Source of the DNA: Candidatus Nezhaarchaeota archaeon WYZ-LMO8
Lineage (GTDB): Archaea > Thermoproteota > Methanomethylicia > Nezhaarchaeales > WYZ-LMO8
Direction: 5' to 3'
Assembly: GCA_004347965.1 (NCBI GenBank)
Contig: QNVF01000002.1
Coordinates: 18,895-82,894 of the forward strand
DNA length: 64,000 nucleotides
Position numbers and translations under genes: made by a program. Below, piece by piece: positions 19,693 to 29,606 of the stretch; the stretch's first letter is position 1; the number at the start of each line of letters is the position of its first letter. The notes under the pieces were generated by a model, which worked only from the letters and a program-made list of their open reading frames with translations, was not told where the DNA came from and did not search any database.

Positions 19693-20373
19693 CTATCTAG
19701 AAGTGCTTTGCCTATTGAGCCGTTCTGCTTCAAACGTTGGGACTTCTGGAAGCTTCTCCTTCATCTTCTGCTCAGCTACGGCCATCGCTTCCTCCAAGAT
19801 CTTCTGAGCTTCCTCGGTCGCTTCAAGCATTAATGCTTGGCCTGTGACTTGTCCTGCTTCGACCACTAGGTTATTGAGAATTTCGCTAAGCTCACCAAGT
19901 TCGCGCTCAGCATCTGGCAGTATACCTGATAAGCTGCTCTTTATGTTCCTTACGACCTCCACTGCTGGAGCCATGGCAACAACTAGCTCACCAACTTCCT
20001 TTATCGTTCCAAGTCTTAAGAGGACCTTCTCGAGTGATAGCTTACTGAACAATATTATCTTGCTCATCTTCCTTAGCTCAGCAAGCTCGTTGGCATAGAG
20101 CGTGGCTCTATCCATCTCATGTTTAACGAAAGCCTCAACAACTCTCCCAAATATCTGTTTGTCCCTTTCCATGAGTCTTGCACTAACTTGATCTAGCCTA
20201 CCCAATTGCGCTTTGAGCTTGTTCATTGCCACGTCTATCTTGTACTTTAAGGGGGTATCAGGAACTATCAGTGACTTAACTTTCGACGTCACCGGCTCCT
20301 TTATCTCCCTATCCCATCTCTTGGCGAACTTCTCAATTCTAGACAATTTTACTTCACCTCGTGTTCTCAACAA
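19693..20373 (-). CDS. ESCRT-III (Snf7) paralog lacking the C-terminal winged helix (CdvB1/2/3-like)
   Basis: It shares the core with the CdvB gene above (LYANELAELRKMSKI vs LYANELAELRKLIKT). At 226 aa it is truncated at the C-terminus. Confidence 0.65.
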   Translation of the reverse strand: MLRTRGEVKLSRIEKFAKRWDREIKEPVTSKVKSLIVPDTPLKYKIDVAMNKLKAQLGRLDQVSARLMERDKQIFGRVVEAFVKHEMDRATLYANELAELRKMSKIILFSKLSLEKVLLRLGTIKEVGELVVAMAPAVEVVRNIKSSLSGILPDAERELGELSEILNNLVVEAGQVTGQALMLEATEEAQKILEEAMAVAEQKMKEKLPEVPTFEAERLNRQSTSR

Positions 20374-20876
20374 GTTTTGGGACGATAAAAGGGTATGTTA
20401 AAACAGAGATTGAAAGAAAGTCGGCATTCTAATGCCGAGCTTTTAAAGTAACGATCTTACTATGCCGTTAAGTACATGTAGTCTAAGGCAGGTGATAAGA
20501 GAGGATTTATTTCAGCTTCAATTAAACATTCCAAGTATTACGAATGCCCCCCTTTAAAGAATCCATGTTAAAAAGGGGCTCCTCTAATACTCTGTAACAC
20601 CTCAAAATCTTTGACTGAAGAGCTGTCCCACAGGGATTTAATAAGCTTTTCTCTTACAAAACGAGGTGATGGCGAGAAGCCTTATATGTTCATGCATCAT
20701 CCTAATGTACTGAACGATACTTAGAGTTACCTTCATTTATGGCATTCATTTCAGACCGAAACACTTATTTGAAAGATGAAAAGTAGGAAAGTGCACAGGT
20801 GCTAGAGATGAAGAGGGATCAGGCCCTCCAAGTACATTAATCTCCAAAGCCTTTGTCTTAGCAGCGTACCGACCAA

Positions 20877-22610
20877 TTGTGCAAGATGTCTTTTCTCGAG
20901 GTGGATATAATGCTAATTAGCGGTGCTGAGGCTATAGTTCGTTCTTTAAAAAGAGAGGGGGTCAAGGTTATCTTCGGTATACCGGGAGGCGCTGTTCTAC
21001 CATTATACGATGCACTCTACGACTCAGACATAAGGCACATCCTCGGAAGACATGAGCAGTGCGTTGCACACATGGCTGATGGCTATGCAAGAGCTAGCGG
21101 TAAGCCAGGAGTCTGCATAGCCACGTCCGGTCCAGGAGCTACCAACCTTGTAACGGGCTTGGCGACAGCATACATGGATAGCTCACCAGTAGTGGCATTG
21201 ACGGGGCAAGTTGCTAGGCACATGATAGGTAAGGATGCTTTCCAGGAGGCTGACATAATTGGGATCGTAACACCAATAACGAAGTACTGCTTTCAACTCA
21301 CATCAGCTAAAGAGATACCGAAGGTATTCAAAACTGCTTTCACGATAGCCTCAACAAGACGTCCGGGACCAGTACTCATAGACATGCCAGTTGATGTTCA
21401 GAGGGAACAGGCTGAAATTGAGTTCACTGATGAGCTGGACATTAAGGGCTACGATCAAAACCCACCATGGATTAACTCTGACAAAATTAAGAAAGCTGCC
21501 GAAGTACTAGCCGAGGCAGAAAGACCTCTCATACTTGCAGGTGGAGGCGTAATATTGTCTGGAGCTCACGTGGAGCTTTTGACACTAGCTGAAATGCTTT
21601 CAGCTCCTGTTGCAACGACCTTAATGGGTAAGGGCTCCATATCGGAGGATCATCCTCTATGCTTGGGCATGATGGGAATGCACGGCAAGGCTTACGCTAA
21701 CTATGCAGCTATTGAGTGCGACGTTCTGCTTGCTATTGGAACTCGCTTCTCTGATAGGACCACAGGAAAGTTTGACGAGTTTGCTAAAGGAGCCTACAAG
21801 ATACATGTAGACATAGATTCAGCAGAGATAAACAAGAACGTGCGAGTTGATTTACCGATAGTTGGAGATGCTAAGGAGGTTCTACGATCATTGATAAAGG
21901 AGCTTAAGAAATGCAAGAGGTTAAAACCACGTAATGCATGGTTCAATAGGGTAAGGGAGCTTCGATTCGCTTTTGAGCAAGGAGTTGAAGAACAACAGGG
22001 TTCTGCTCTTAGGCCATCATCTGTAATCAAGCTTCTAAACAAGTTGTTGGAACCGGGTAAGTCGATAGTCACAACTGGTGTAGGCCAAAACCAGATGTGG
22101 TCTGCTTTACATTACTTAGCAAGAACACCAAGATCTTTCATAACGTCAGGGGGTTTAGGAACTATGGGATTTGGTTTTCCAGCAGCACTTGGAGCTAAGG
22201 TGGCTTGCCCAGATAAGGTGGTCGTCGACATAGACGGCGATGGAAGTTTCCTAATGACTGAGCAAGATTTAGCGACATCGGTCACCGAGGGTATACCAGT
22301 AATAGTTGTTATATTGAACAACAGCTCTCTTGGTATGGTTAGGCAGTGGCAGCACTTAATGTACAAGAGGAGGTTCATAGCCATAGACCTAAAAGGGGTT
22401 CCAGATTTTGTTAAGCTCGCACATGCTTATGGAGCTGAGGGTATGAGACCTGGCTCGCTTGAGGAGCTTGAGAAGGCATTAAAGGAGGCAATGAAATGTG
22501 AGGTTACCACAGTAATAGACGTCAACATCTCTCCAGAAGAGAGGGTCTTCCCTATGGTTCTTCCTGGCAGAGCGCTTCATGAGGTGTTAGCTAATGAACC
22601 AAAAAGCTGA
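20877..22610 (+). CDS. ilvB: Acetolactate synthase, large (catalytic) subunit. The likely true start is the internal Met at ~20910.
   Basis: The TPP enzyme has the N-terminal domain GAEAIVRSLKREGVKVIFGIPGG. The TPP motif is GDGSFLMTEQDLAT...NN. The ilvNCD genes follow it. Confidence 0.85.
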   Translation: MCKMSFLEVDIMLISGAEAIVRSLKREGVKVIFGIPGGAVLPLYDALYDSDIRHILGRHEQCVAHMADGYARASGKPGVCIATSGPGATNLVTGLATAYMDSSPVVALTGQVARHMIGKDAFQEADIIGIVTPITKYCFQLTSAKEIPKVFKTAFTIASTRRPGPVLIDMPVDVQREQAEIEFTDELDIKGYDQNPPWINSDKIKKAAEVLAEAERPLILAGGGVILSGAHVELLTLAEMLSAPVATTLMGKGSISEDHPLCLGMMGMHGKAYANYAAIECDVLLAIGTRFSDRTTGKFDEFAKGAYKIHVDIDSAEINKNVRVDLPIVGDAKEVLRSLIKELKKCKRLKPRNAWFNRVRELRFAFEQGVEEQQGSALRPSSVIKLLNKLLEPGKSIVTTGVGQNQMWSALHYLARTPRSFITSGGLGTMGFGFPAALGAKVACPDKVVVDIDGDGSFLMTEQDLATSVTEGIPVIVVILNNSSLGMVRQWQHLMYKRRFIAIDLKGVPDFVKLAHAYGAEGMRPGSLEELEKALKEAMKCEVTTVIDVNISPEERVFPMVLPGRALHEVLANEPKS

Positions 22611-23085
22611 GCCTAGGATATTAGTAATGATAGTTGAAGACAAACCAGGAGTGCTATACAAAGTAAGCTCAATAATCAGGAGAAGAGGAATAAACATAGA
22701 TGCAATATCAGTAGCTGCAACAACAGAGCCTGGGATTTCAAAGATGACTTTCCTTGTAAATGTCGACGAAGAAACGATGGAACAGCTCGTCAGACAAATC
22801 GAGAAAGTACCAACAGTTATATCAGTAGGCTCAAGCCCTATAAGAGGACTTTACTCCAAGGAGCTTGCTTTAATAAAAGCGAACGTTTCCAAGCCCGGTG
22901 AAAGAGAAGCACTACGTGCACTAGCGATGAAGTTCAATGCTCGCATAGTGGAGGAGAAAGCCTTCACACTAACGATAGAGATCGTTGGCTTACCTGAAGA
23001 AGTTAGCAACTTCATAAACGAAGTAAAAGTTATAACTGAAATCGTAGATCTGAGTAGGTCAGGTCCCGTGGCATTGTCGAGGTAG
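22594..23085 (+). CDS. ilvN: Acetolactate synthase, small (regulatory) subunit
   Basis: The ACT domain reads ILVMIVEDKPGVLYKVSSIIRRRGINIDAISVA. It overlaps ilvB by 17 nt. Confidence 0.75.
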   Translation: MNQKAEPRILVMIVEDKPGVLYKVSSIIRRRGINIDAISVAATTEPGISKMTFLVNVDEETMEQLVRQIEKVPTVISVGSSPIRGLYSKELALIKANVSKPGEREALRALAMKFNARIVEEKAFTLTIEIVGLPEEVSNFINEVKVITEIVDLSRSGPVALSR

Positions 23086-24081
23086 ATGCTCTTGGCTCGC
23101 ATATATAGAGATCATGAGATAGACGACAGCATTCTGAGAGGATCAATCATAGCAGTGATAGGTTATGGAAGTCAAGGGAGAGCTCAAGCTTTAAATCTTA
23201 GGGATAGCGGCTTCAACGTCGTAGTAGGGTTGAGGAGGGAAGGAGTTTCCTGGAAGCTTGCATCGTCTGAAGGATTTGAAGTACTTGAGATCCCAGATGC
23301 TGTAAGAAAGGCTGATGTCATCTTATTCCTAATACCTGACACCGAACAACCAAATGTCTACGAGGAGAAGATAAAGCCCAACCTCTCAGAGGGTAAAAGT
23401 CTGTGCTTCGCTCACGGCTTCAACGTACACTTTGGAGTTATAAGACCTCCACGAGAAGTTGACGTTTTCATGGTTGCTCCGAAAAGTCCTGGAGCAAAAG
23501 TTAGAGAGATGTACCTTCAAGGAAAGGGGGTTCCAGCCTTAGTAGCAGTTTACAATGATTACTCTAATAGGGCCCTTCAGAAAGCTCTAGCCATAGCTAA
23601 AGGCATAGGATGCGCTAGAGTTGGTGTCATAGAAACGACGTTCAAGGAGGAGACGGAGACGGATCTGATAGGCGAGCAGTGCGTGCTTGTTGGAGGACTT
23701 ATGGAGCTTATAAAGAAGGGATTTGAAGTCCTCGTAGAGGAAGGCTATCAACCTGAGGTAGCATACTTTGAAGTCTGCAATGAGGCAAAGCTCATAATGG
23801 ACCTGATATATAGTGGAGGTCTAACTGGAATGCTTCGAGGAGTTAGCGATACAGCTAAGTACGGTGGGTTAACTGTTGGGCCAAAGGTCATAGACGAGAA
23901 GGTTAAAGAGAACATGAAAATAGTTGTTAAAGCGGTGAAGGATGGCTCTTTTGCCAAAGATTGGATTGAAGAGTGTGCATCAGGCAAGAAACGTCTTATG
24001 GAACTAATGAAGGTGATCGAAAACCATAAGCTGGAAGTAGTTGGTAGGGAGATCAGAAAACTAGCTGGAATTGAGGGTTGA
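23086..24081 (+). CDS. ilvC: Ketol-acid reductoisomerase
   Basis: The Rossmann motif is [21 protein letters not shown]. It sits between ilvN and ilvD. Confidence 0.85.
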   Translation: MLLARIYRDHEIDDSILRGSIIAVIGYGSQGRAQALNLRDSGFNVVVGLRREGVSWKLASSEGFEVLEIPDAVRKADVILFLIPDTEQPNVYEEKIKPNLSEGKSLCFAHGFNVHFGVIRPPREVDVFMVAPKSPGAKVREMYLQGKGVPALVAVYNDYSNRALQKALAIAKGIGCARVGVIETTFKEETETDLIGEQCVLVGGLMELIKKGFEVLVEEGYQPEVAYFEVCNEAKLIMDLIYSGGLTGMLRGVSDTAKYGGLTVGPKVIDEKVKENMKIVVKAVKDGSFAKDWIEECASGKKRLMELMKVIENHKLEVVGREIRKLAGIEG

Positions 24082-24087
24082 TGATGT

Positions 24088-25740
24088 TTGGGCTTTCGAA
24101 GCAGCGTCTTAAAGTCCTTTCCTCGTGGCCTTCCTTACAGGGGCCTCTTAAAGGCCTTAGGTTTAACTGATGAAGATTTCAAGAAGCCCTTCATAGCAGT
24201 GGTCAATAGCTATTCGGAAATAGTCCCAGGACACATTCACCTTAGAATCGTAGCTGAGGCTGTGAAGAGCGGTATTCTAATCGCTGGGGGTCAACCATTC
24301 GAGGTTAATACCATAGCAATATGTGACGGCTTAGCTATGGGTCACGAAGGAATGAAATACTCCTTACCATCCAGGGACCTAATAGCTGACTCAATAGAGC
24401 TTGTTGTGGAGGCACATAGGTTTGACGGTATGGTCTTGATATGTTCATGCGACAAGATAATTCCAGGCATGTTAATGGCTGCAGCTAGGCTCAACATACC
24501 GTCCATAGTTGTAACCGGAGGCCCAATGATGCCTGGAGACTATAAAGGAGAGAAGGTAACATTGGTCAAGCTCTTTGAAGCTCTTGGTGAGCACGCTAGA
24601 GGGCTTCTCACAGTTAATGATTTAAAGGAAGTGGAGGATAGCGTTTGCCCAGGACCAGGGTCATGCAGTGGAATGTTCACAGCCAATACTATGGCCTGCC
24701 TAGTAGAGGCTATGGGTATGGGGTTACCCAAAGTTGGTACTGCACCAGCAGTGTCAGCTGAGAGAATCAGAATAGCTAAGAGGTCCGGGGAGCTGATAGT
24801 TGAGATGGTGAGGAAAGGGATAAGGCCTAGGGACGTAATGACGAGGGAAGCCTTCTTAAATGCTATAGCGGTTGACGTGGCATTAGGAGGGTCAACTAAC
24901 ACGGCTTTACATTTGCCGGCTATAGCTCACGAAGCTGGTATAGAGCTTGAACTCGACGAATTCGACAGGATGAGTAGGATAGTACCACAGCTATGCACAA
25001 TATCGCCAAACGGTCCTCACACAGTCTATGATCTCCACATGGCAGGTGGCATTATGGCCTTGATGTCGGAGATAAGGGGTCACCTTCACTTGGACGCGCT
25101 TACTGTAACTGGCAAGACTATAGGCGAATTGATAGAGAATGCTTACGTTAGGGACAGAAGCATCATAAGGAGCACCTCAAACCCAGTTATGATCGAGGGA
25201 GGCTTAGCCGTCTTAAAGGGCTCTCTTGCTCCTAGGGGCTCCGTAGTGAAGATAGCTGCTGTGCCAAAATCCATGTGGAGGTTTAAAGGAGTAGCCAAGG
25301 TCTTTAATTCGGAAGAGGAAGCTGTTGAGGCCATAACTAATAAAAAGATAGAGGAAGGAAGCGTCGTGATTATAAGGTACGAGGGGCCTAAAGGAGGGCC
25401 AGGGATGAGAGAAATGCTCATGCCTACTTCATTAATAGTCGGTATGGGCTTATGGGAGAAAGTCGCATTGGTCACAGATGGTAGATTCTCAGGTGCAACT
25501 AGGGGGCTAGCTGTCGGTCACGTGTCACCTGAAGCGGCTGAAGATGGTCCGATAGCTAAGGTTGTTGATGACGACGTAATAACGATAGATCTTCATAGCA
25601 GAAGGATAAATGTAGACTTCATAGTACCTGAAGAGGAGAGGATCAAGAAACTAAGTAGGCCCAACAAAGTCTTGAAAGGCTACTTAGCGAGGTATTCCCA
25701 AAGAGCTCTATCAGCAGATAAAGGCGCTATACTAACATAG
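24088..25740 (+). CDS. ilvD: Dihydroxy-acid dehydratase
   Basis: The 550 aa ILVD/EDD family member carries the segments [11 protein letters not shown] and [16 protein letters not shown]. Confidence 0.85.
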   Translation: MGFRSSVLKSFPRGLPYRGLLKALGLTDEDFKKPFIAVVNSYSEIVPGHIHLRIVAEAVKSGILIAGGQPFEVNTIAICDGLAMGHEGMKYSLPSRDLIADSIELVVEAHRFDGMVLICSCDKIIPGMLMAAARLNIPSIVVTGGPMMPGDYKGEKVTLVKLFEALGEHARGLLTVNDLKEVEDSVCPGPGSCSGMFTANTMACLVEAMGMGLPKVGTAPAVSAERIRIAKRSGELIVEMVRKGIRPRDVMTREAFLNAIAVDVALGGSTNTALHLPAIAHEAGIELELDEFDRMSRIVPQLCTISPNGPHTVYDLHMAGGIMALMSEIRGHLHLDALTVTGKTIGELIENAYVRDRSIIRSTSNPVMIEGGLAVLKGSLAPRGSVVKIAAVPKSMWRFKGVAKVFNSEEEAVEAITNKKIEEGSVVIIRYEGPKGGPGMREMLMPTSLIVGMGLWEKVALVTDGRFSGATRGLAVGHVSPEAAEDGPIAKVVDDDVITIDLHSRRINVDFIVPEEERIKKLSRPNKVLKGYLARYSQRALSADKGAILT

Positions 25741-25860
25741 CTTTCCGTCAACAGTGCATACCGCTTGGTTCCACTTTAAGGGGTTTCTCCCGGTCCAGTA
25801 AAGGTCTTCATCTTTTCAGCGTGGTCGAGGCCCCTCATCCCTCTATATACTGAAACTTAC

Positions 25861-25875
25861 ACGCTTTTTTATTTC
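25861..25875 (+). terminator. T-rich tract (acgcttttttatttc), a candidate archaeal oligo-T terminator for the ilvBNCD transcript
   Basis: A T6 run lies ~125 nt downstream of the ilvD stop. A GC-rich segment precedes it. Confidence 0.25.
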
Positions 25876-25939
25876 AATGAATAAAGTGGACATTCCTTTG
25901 TCGATGCTTAATGGGCGATGCTGGACTTAAATTGGTGAT

Positions 25940-27295
25940 TTAATCTTGTGAAATGATGGTTAATGCTTCATTAACTGCTCTGTCTATTAACTTTCGCACT
26001 TCTCCTAAATAGTTCTCAGGTCTCATCAACTCATCTATCTCTTCAGCACTTAATAGCTTTCTTACTCTCTCGTCCTTCTTCAAAAGCTCTGATAAGTGTA
26101 CGTCTTGAATCATCGACTTCATAGATAGCTCCCTCAATAATCTATGTGCTTCCTGCCTACCCATGCTCTTCATGGTCAGAGATATCATAACTGCTTCGCT
26201 CATGATCCTGCCCTTCGTTAGCTCAAGGTTCTTCTTCATGTTCTCAGGATATATACGAAGACTTCTAAGAACCTTTATGGTTCTTCCTAACATCTCGTCT
26301 AGGAGGATGCAAGACTCAGGTATTATGAATCGCTCATTTGCTGAATTGGTCAAGTCCCTCTCATGCCACAGGGGGATGTTCTCTAAAGCCGGTATTACTA
26401 AGCTCCTCATGAGCTTAGCTAAGCTTGAAATATTTTCGCAATCTATTGGATTCTGCTTGTGAGGCATTGTTGAGCTTCCAACCTGCTCTACTTCAAATCC
26501 TTCCGCCAACTCCATGATCTCCGGTCTCTGAAGGTTTCTTATTTCTGTAGCAATTTTGTCGAGACTTGAAGCTATGATCGCAAACAAGCATATTAGTTCT
26601 GCAAGCCTATCTCTCTGCAATATTTGAGTCGATATGGTAGCAGGCTTTAAACCGAGGATTCTCATAACCTCCTCTTGTACCTCAAGTCCCTTGCCCATGA
26701 AGCTAGCCATAGTCCCAACAGCACCAGACATCTTTCCCACGAGGACCCTCTTCTTAACCTCTCTTAACCTATCTACGTGTCTTGCGAACTCTGATGCCCA
26801 CACGGCGAACTTAAAGCCTAAGGTTATTGGCAGAGCATGTTGACCATGGGTTCTCCCGATCATCACTAAGTCCTTGTACTTGATGGCCATATCACATAGT
26901 AGCTTGCATAGCTCTCTAAGCTTCCTATCAATTATTGCTATAGCTTCTTTGAGTTGAAGAGCTGTAGCTGTATCTACGACATCGTAACTCGTAGCTCCAA
27001 GGTGGACGTAGCCGCCGTAGTCACCACACACCTCAGCCAATGCCTCGACAACAGCCATGACGTCATGCCTAATCCTAGCCTCGATTTCTTTGACTTTCTC
27101 AAGCTTAACGTACTCGACATTAGCTCTCTTTACTATGACCTCTGATGCCTCCTTTGGTATCAAGCCTAACTTAGCGTTAGCTAAAGCTAAGGCAGCTTCA
27201 ACGTCTAGCATCTTTTGAAGCCTATACTCCTCCGTAAATATTCTCCTAATCTCTGCACTTCCGTACCTTCCTGAATCTATCGGCAGAATACTCAC
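25940..27295 (-). CDS. purB: Adenylosuccinate lyase
   Basis: The 451 aa fumarase/ASL family member has the signature SSTMPHKQNPIDCE. Confidence 0.85.
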   Translation of the reverse strand: MSILPIDSGRYGSAEIRRIFTEEYRLQKMLDVEAALALANAKLGLIPKEASEVIVKRANVEYVKLEKVKEIEARIRHDVMAVVEALAEVCGDYGGYVHLGATSYDVVDTATALQLKEAIAIIDRKLRELCKLLCDMAIKYKDLVMIGRTHGQHALPITLGFKFAVWASEFARHVDRLREVKKRVLVGKMSGAVGTMASFMGKGLEVQEEVMRILGLKPATISTQILQRDRLAELICLFAIIASSLDKIATEIRNLQRPEIMELAEGFEVEQVGSSTMPHKQNPIDCENISSLAKLMRSLVIPALENIPLWHERDLTNSANERFIIPESCILLDEMLGRTIKVLRSLRIYPENMKKNLELTKGRIMSEAVMISLTMKSMGRQEAHRLLRELSMKSMIQDVHLSELLKKDERVRKLLSAEEIDELMRPENYLGEVRKLIDRAVNEALTIISQD

Positions 27296-27443
27296 GTCTT
27301 ACACCTCGCTCCAAAAGTAAAGTAGGTCTCTAATTCATAAATTCATTCTCCCCCTTACCAAGTCATATATTAAATGAGGACAACAGTTATTTAGGTCACA
27401 CCTAGAGACTTAGCATGAGATTAAGAAGTTGGGGTACTGACTT

Positions 27444-28163
27444 ATGAGTCATAAGGTAGGGGGCCTCATAGCTTCTGGAAAGACCAAACTAGTCTACTCT
27501 CTTGACGATCCCTCTCTCGTTCTCTTAAGGTTTAAGGATGATGTGACAGCTCTTGATGGAAAGAAGAGAGATGTTATACCAGGTAAGGGCTCTCTTAATG
27601 CAGGCATATCTGCAAGGCTCTTCCAATTACTGAAAGAGAACAACGTCCACAATCATTACATCAAGATGTACGACCCTTCATCTTTAATAGTCAGAAAGCT
27701 CGACATGATACCCGTTGAGGTTGTTTGTAGAAATGTAGCTACTGGCAGTATCGTCAAGAGACTTCCAATAACAGAGGGCACGGTCTTTGACTCACCAATA
27801 ATCGAGTTCTTCCTTAAAGATGATGCGAGGGGAGACCCTATGATAAACAGCTGGCACATGATGGCTCTAAAGCTTGCATCGAAGTGTGAGATAGACGAAA
27901 TAGTTGAGTTAACGTTAAGGGCAAATGACGTCTTAAAGAAGTTCCTAAGTAGCAGGGGCTTAATGCTATTAGATTTCAAGCTAGAATTTGGTAGGAGAAA
28001 TGGAGAGATACTCATAGGGGATGAGCTCGATCCTGACTGTATGAGAGTAAGGGATGCTTCAACCGGTAAAGTTCTTGATAAAGACCTCTATAGGAAAGGA
28101 GCATCGCTAGATGAAGTTAAGAAGGCCTATGAAGAGCTCTATAGGAGGATAGTGGAGACTTGA
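27444..28163 (+). CDS. purC: SAICAR synthetase
   Basis: 239 aa with the PurC family pattern LVYSLDDPS...FKDDVTALDG and LLDFKLEFGR. Confidence 0.85.
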   Translation: MSHKVGGLIASGKTKLVYSLDDPSLVLLRFKDDVTALDGKKRDVIPGKGSLNAGISARLFQLLKENNVHNHYIKMYDPSSLIVRKLDMIPVEVVCRNVATGSIVKRLPITEGTVFDSPIIEFFLKDDARGDPMINSWHMMALKLASKCEIDEIVELTLRANDVLKKFLSSRGLMLLDFKLEFGRRNGEILIGDELDPDCMRVRDASTGKVLDKDLYRKGASLDEVKKAYEELYRRIVET

Positions 28164-29602
28164 ATCTACAACTACCAGGGTTAAGGGAGAAGTGCGGTGT
28201 AGTAGGAGTAACGTCCATAGTTAATAAAACCAATAATGAAATATCAGAAGCCATATACAAAGCCCTCTACTCTCTTCAACATAGAGGGCAGGAAGCAGCA
28301 GGAATAGCATTGTCTAATGGTAGGGAGATCCATGTCTATAAGGGGCTTGGTTTAGTTAGTGAAGTATTCACGAAGGATGTGCTGTTGAAGCTAAAGGGAT
28401 CGCTAGGAATAGGTCACGTTCGCTACTCAACGACTCCAGGACTAACAGTTGAAGAAGCTCAACCCTTTGCTGTCAAGAACCCTAAGTTCTCATTCTCGCT
28501 TGCTTTCAATGGTACCATAACCAATTACCTTGATATCAAAGATATGCTAGCGAAACAGGGAATGGTTTTCGTCACTAAGACCGATACCGAGGTTCTCGCC
28601 AAGCTCTTGGCCAAGAACCTGGTGGACTCAAGAATGGACTACGTAGAAGCCTTCAAGTTGACGGCCTCAGAAATTGATGGAGCTTGCTCACTCGTACTTG
28701 TGAACGATAAAGGAGAGCTATATGCTTACAGAGATCCATTGGGATTTAAACCTCTATGCATAGGCAGGGTAAATGATCTGGTTGTTGTAGCCTCAGAAAC
28801 ATGCGCCCTCGATGTGCTAGCTGGCTTTAATAATTGTGAGTATGAGCCCATTAATCCTGGAGAGTTAGTAAGGATATGTGAAGGCAGCATAGAAAAGATT
28901 CAACTAACAAATTCGCCTAGAAGAGCTAGATGCATGTTCGAGTACGTCTACTTCTCCAGACCAGACTCCATCTTCGATGGGATATCAGTCTACAAAGCTA
29001 GGGAGAGAATAGGTAGAGAGCTAGCTAAGAGGTTTCCAGCCGATGGCGATGTAGTGGTTCCAGTTCCAGATTCAGGAAGAACAGCAGCTCTTGGATACTC
29101 GCTTGAGCTTGGGATACCATTTGCCGAAGGCCTCATGAAGAATAGGTACGTGGGAAGGACCTTCATAATGCCGGGTCAAGATTTAAGAGACGAAATGGTG
29201 TCCATAAAGTTAAATGTAATTAAGGAAGTAATCAATGATAGGAGGGTAATCTTGATAGATGACTCAATAGTTAGAGGCACGACGATGAAAAGGATCGTTA
29301 AGTTGTTGAGAAAAGGTGGAGCTAGAGAGATTCATGTTAGGATAAGCTGTCCGCCAATAATAAGTGCATGCTACATGGGGATAGATTTTCCGACGAAGAG
29401 GGAGCTAATAGCTAGAATGATGTCTCTTGACGAACTAACGAGATACATAGAGGCCGATACACTTCGATACAACACGGTGGATGGCCTCCTTGCTGGAATA
29501 GGCCTCTCTGAGAGCGAGCTATGCTTAGCATGTTTAACAGGCAAGTATCCGCTAGCCAAGGAATATAGGTTTGAGCTTCTTGAAGAGTTCTTGAGGAGGT
29601 AA
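28160..29602 (+). CDS. purF: Amidophosphoribosyltransferase with an 11-residue propeptide preceding Cys1 (TTG start)
   Basis: MNLQLPGLREK-CGVVGV puts the Ntn-Cys after an 11-aa propeptide. LQHRGQEAAGIA is present, as are the PRTase motif ILIDDSIVRGTT and the Fe-S Cys ligands (CMFEY, CLACLTG). Confidence 0.85.
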   Translation: MNLQLPGLREKCGVVGVTSIVNKTNNEISEAIYKALYSLQHRGQEAAGIALSNGREIHVYKGLGLVSEVFTKDVLLKLKGSLGIGHVRYSTTPGLTVEEAQPFAVKNPKFSFSLAFNGTITNYLDIKDMLAKQGMVFVTKTDTEVLAKLLAKNLVDSRMDYVEAFKLTASEIDGACSLVLVNDKGELYAYRDPLGFKPLCIGRVNDLVVVASETCALDVLAGFNNCEYEPINPGELVRICEGSIEKIQLTNSPRRARCMFEYVYFSRPDSIFDGISVYKARERIGRELAKRFPADGDVVVPVPDSGRTAALGYSLELGIPFAEGLMKNRYVGRTFIMPGQDLRDEMVSIKLNVIKEVINDRRVILIDDSIVRGTTMKRIVKLLRKGGAREIHVRISCPPIISACYMGIDFPTKRELIARMMSLDELTRYIEADTLRYNTVDGLLAGIGLSESELCLACLTGKYPLAKEYRFELLEEFLRR

Positions 29603-29606
29603 GCTC

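Noticed and set aside
20213-20401. 62-aa plus-strand ORF at the cdvB-paralog start
   Set aside because: It overlaps the 5' end of a supported minus-strand gene. It is short with no motif.
20400-20876. C/D-box sRNA in the long spacer upstream of ilvB
   Set aside because: Only imperfect box candidates are present (GTGATGG, CTGA) without correct C-D spacing or terminal stem pairing. That is not enough to call.
25741-25860. Possible tRNA in the GC-rich segment after ilvD
   Set aside because: I could not build a 7-bp acceptor stem or T-arm (GTTCRANYC) or D-arm on either strand by hand. It is retained only as a low-interest finding.
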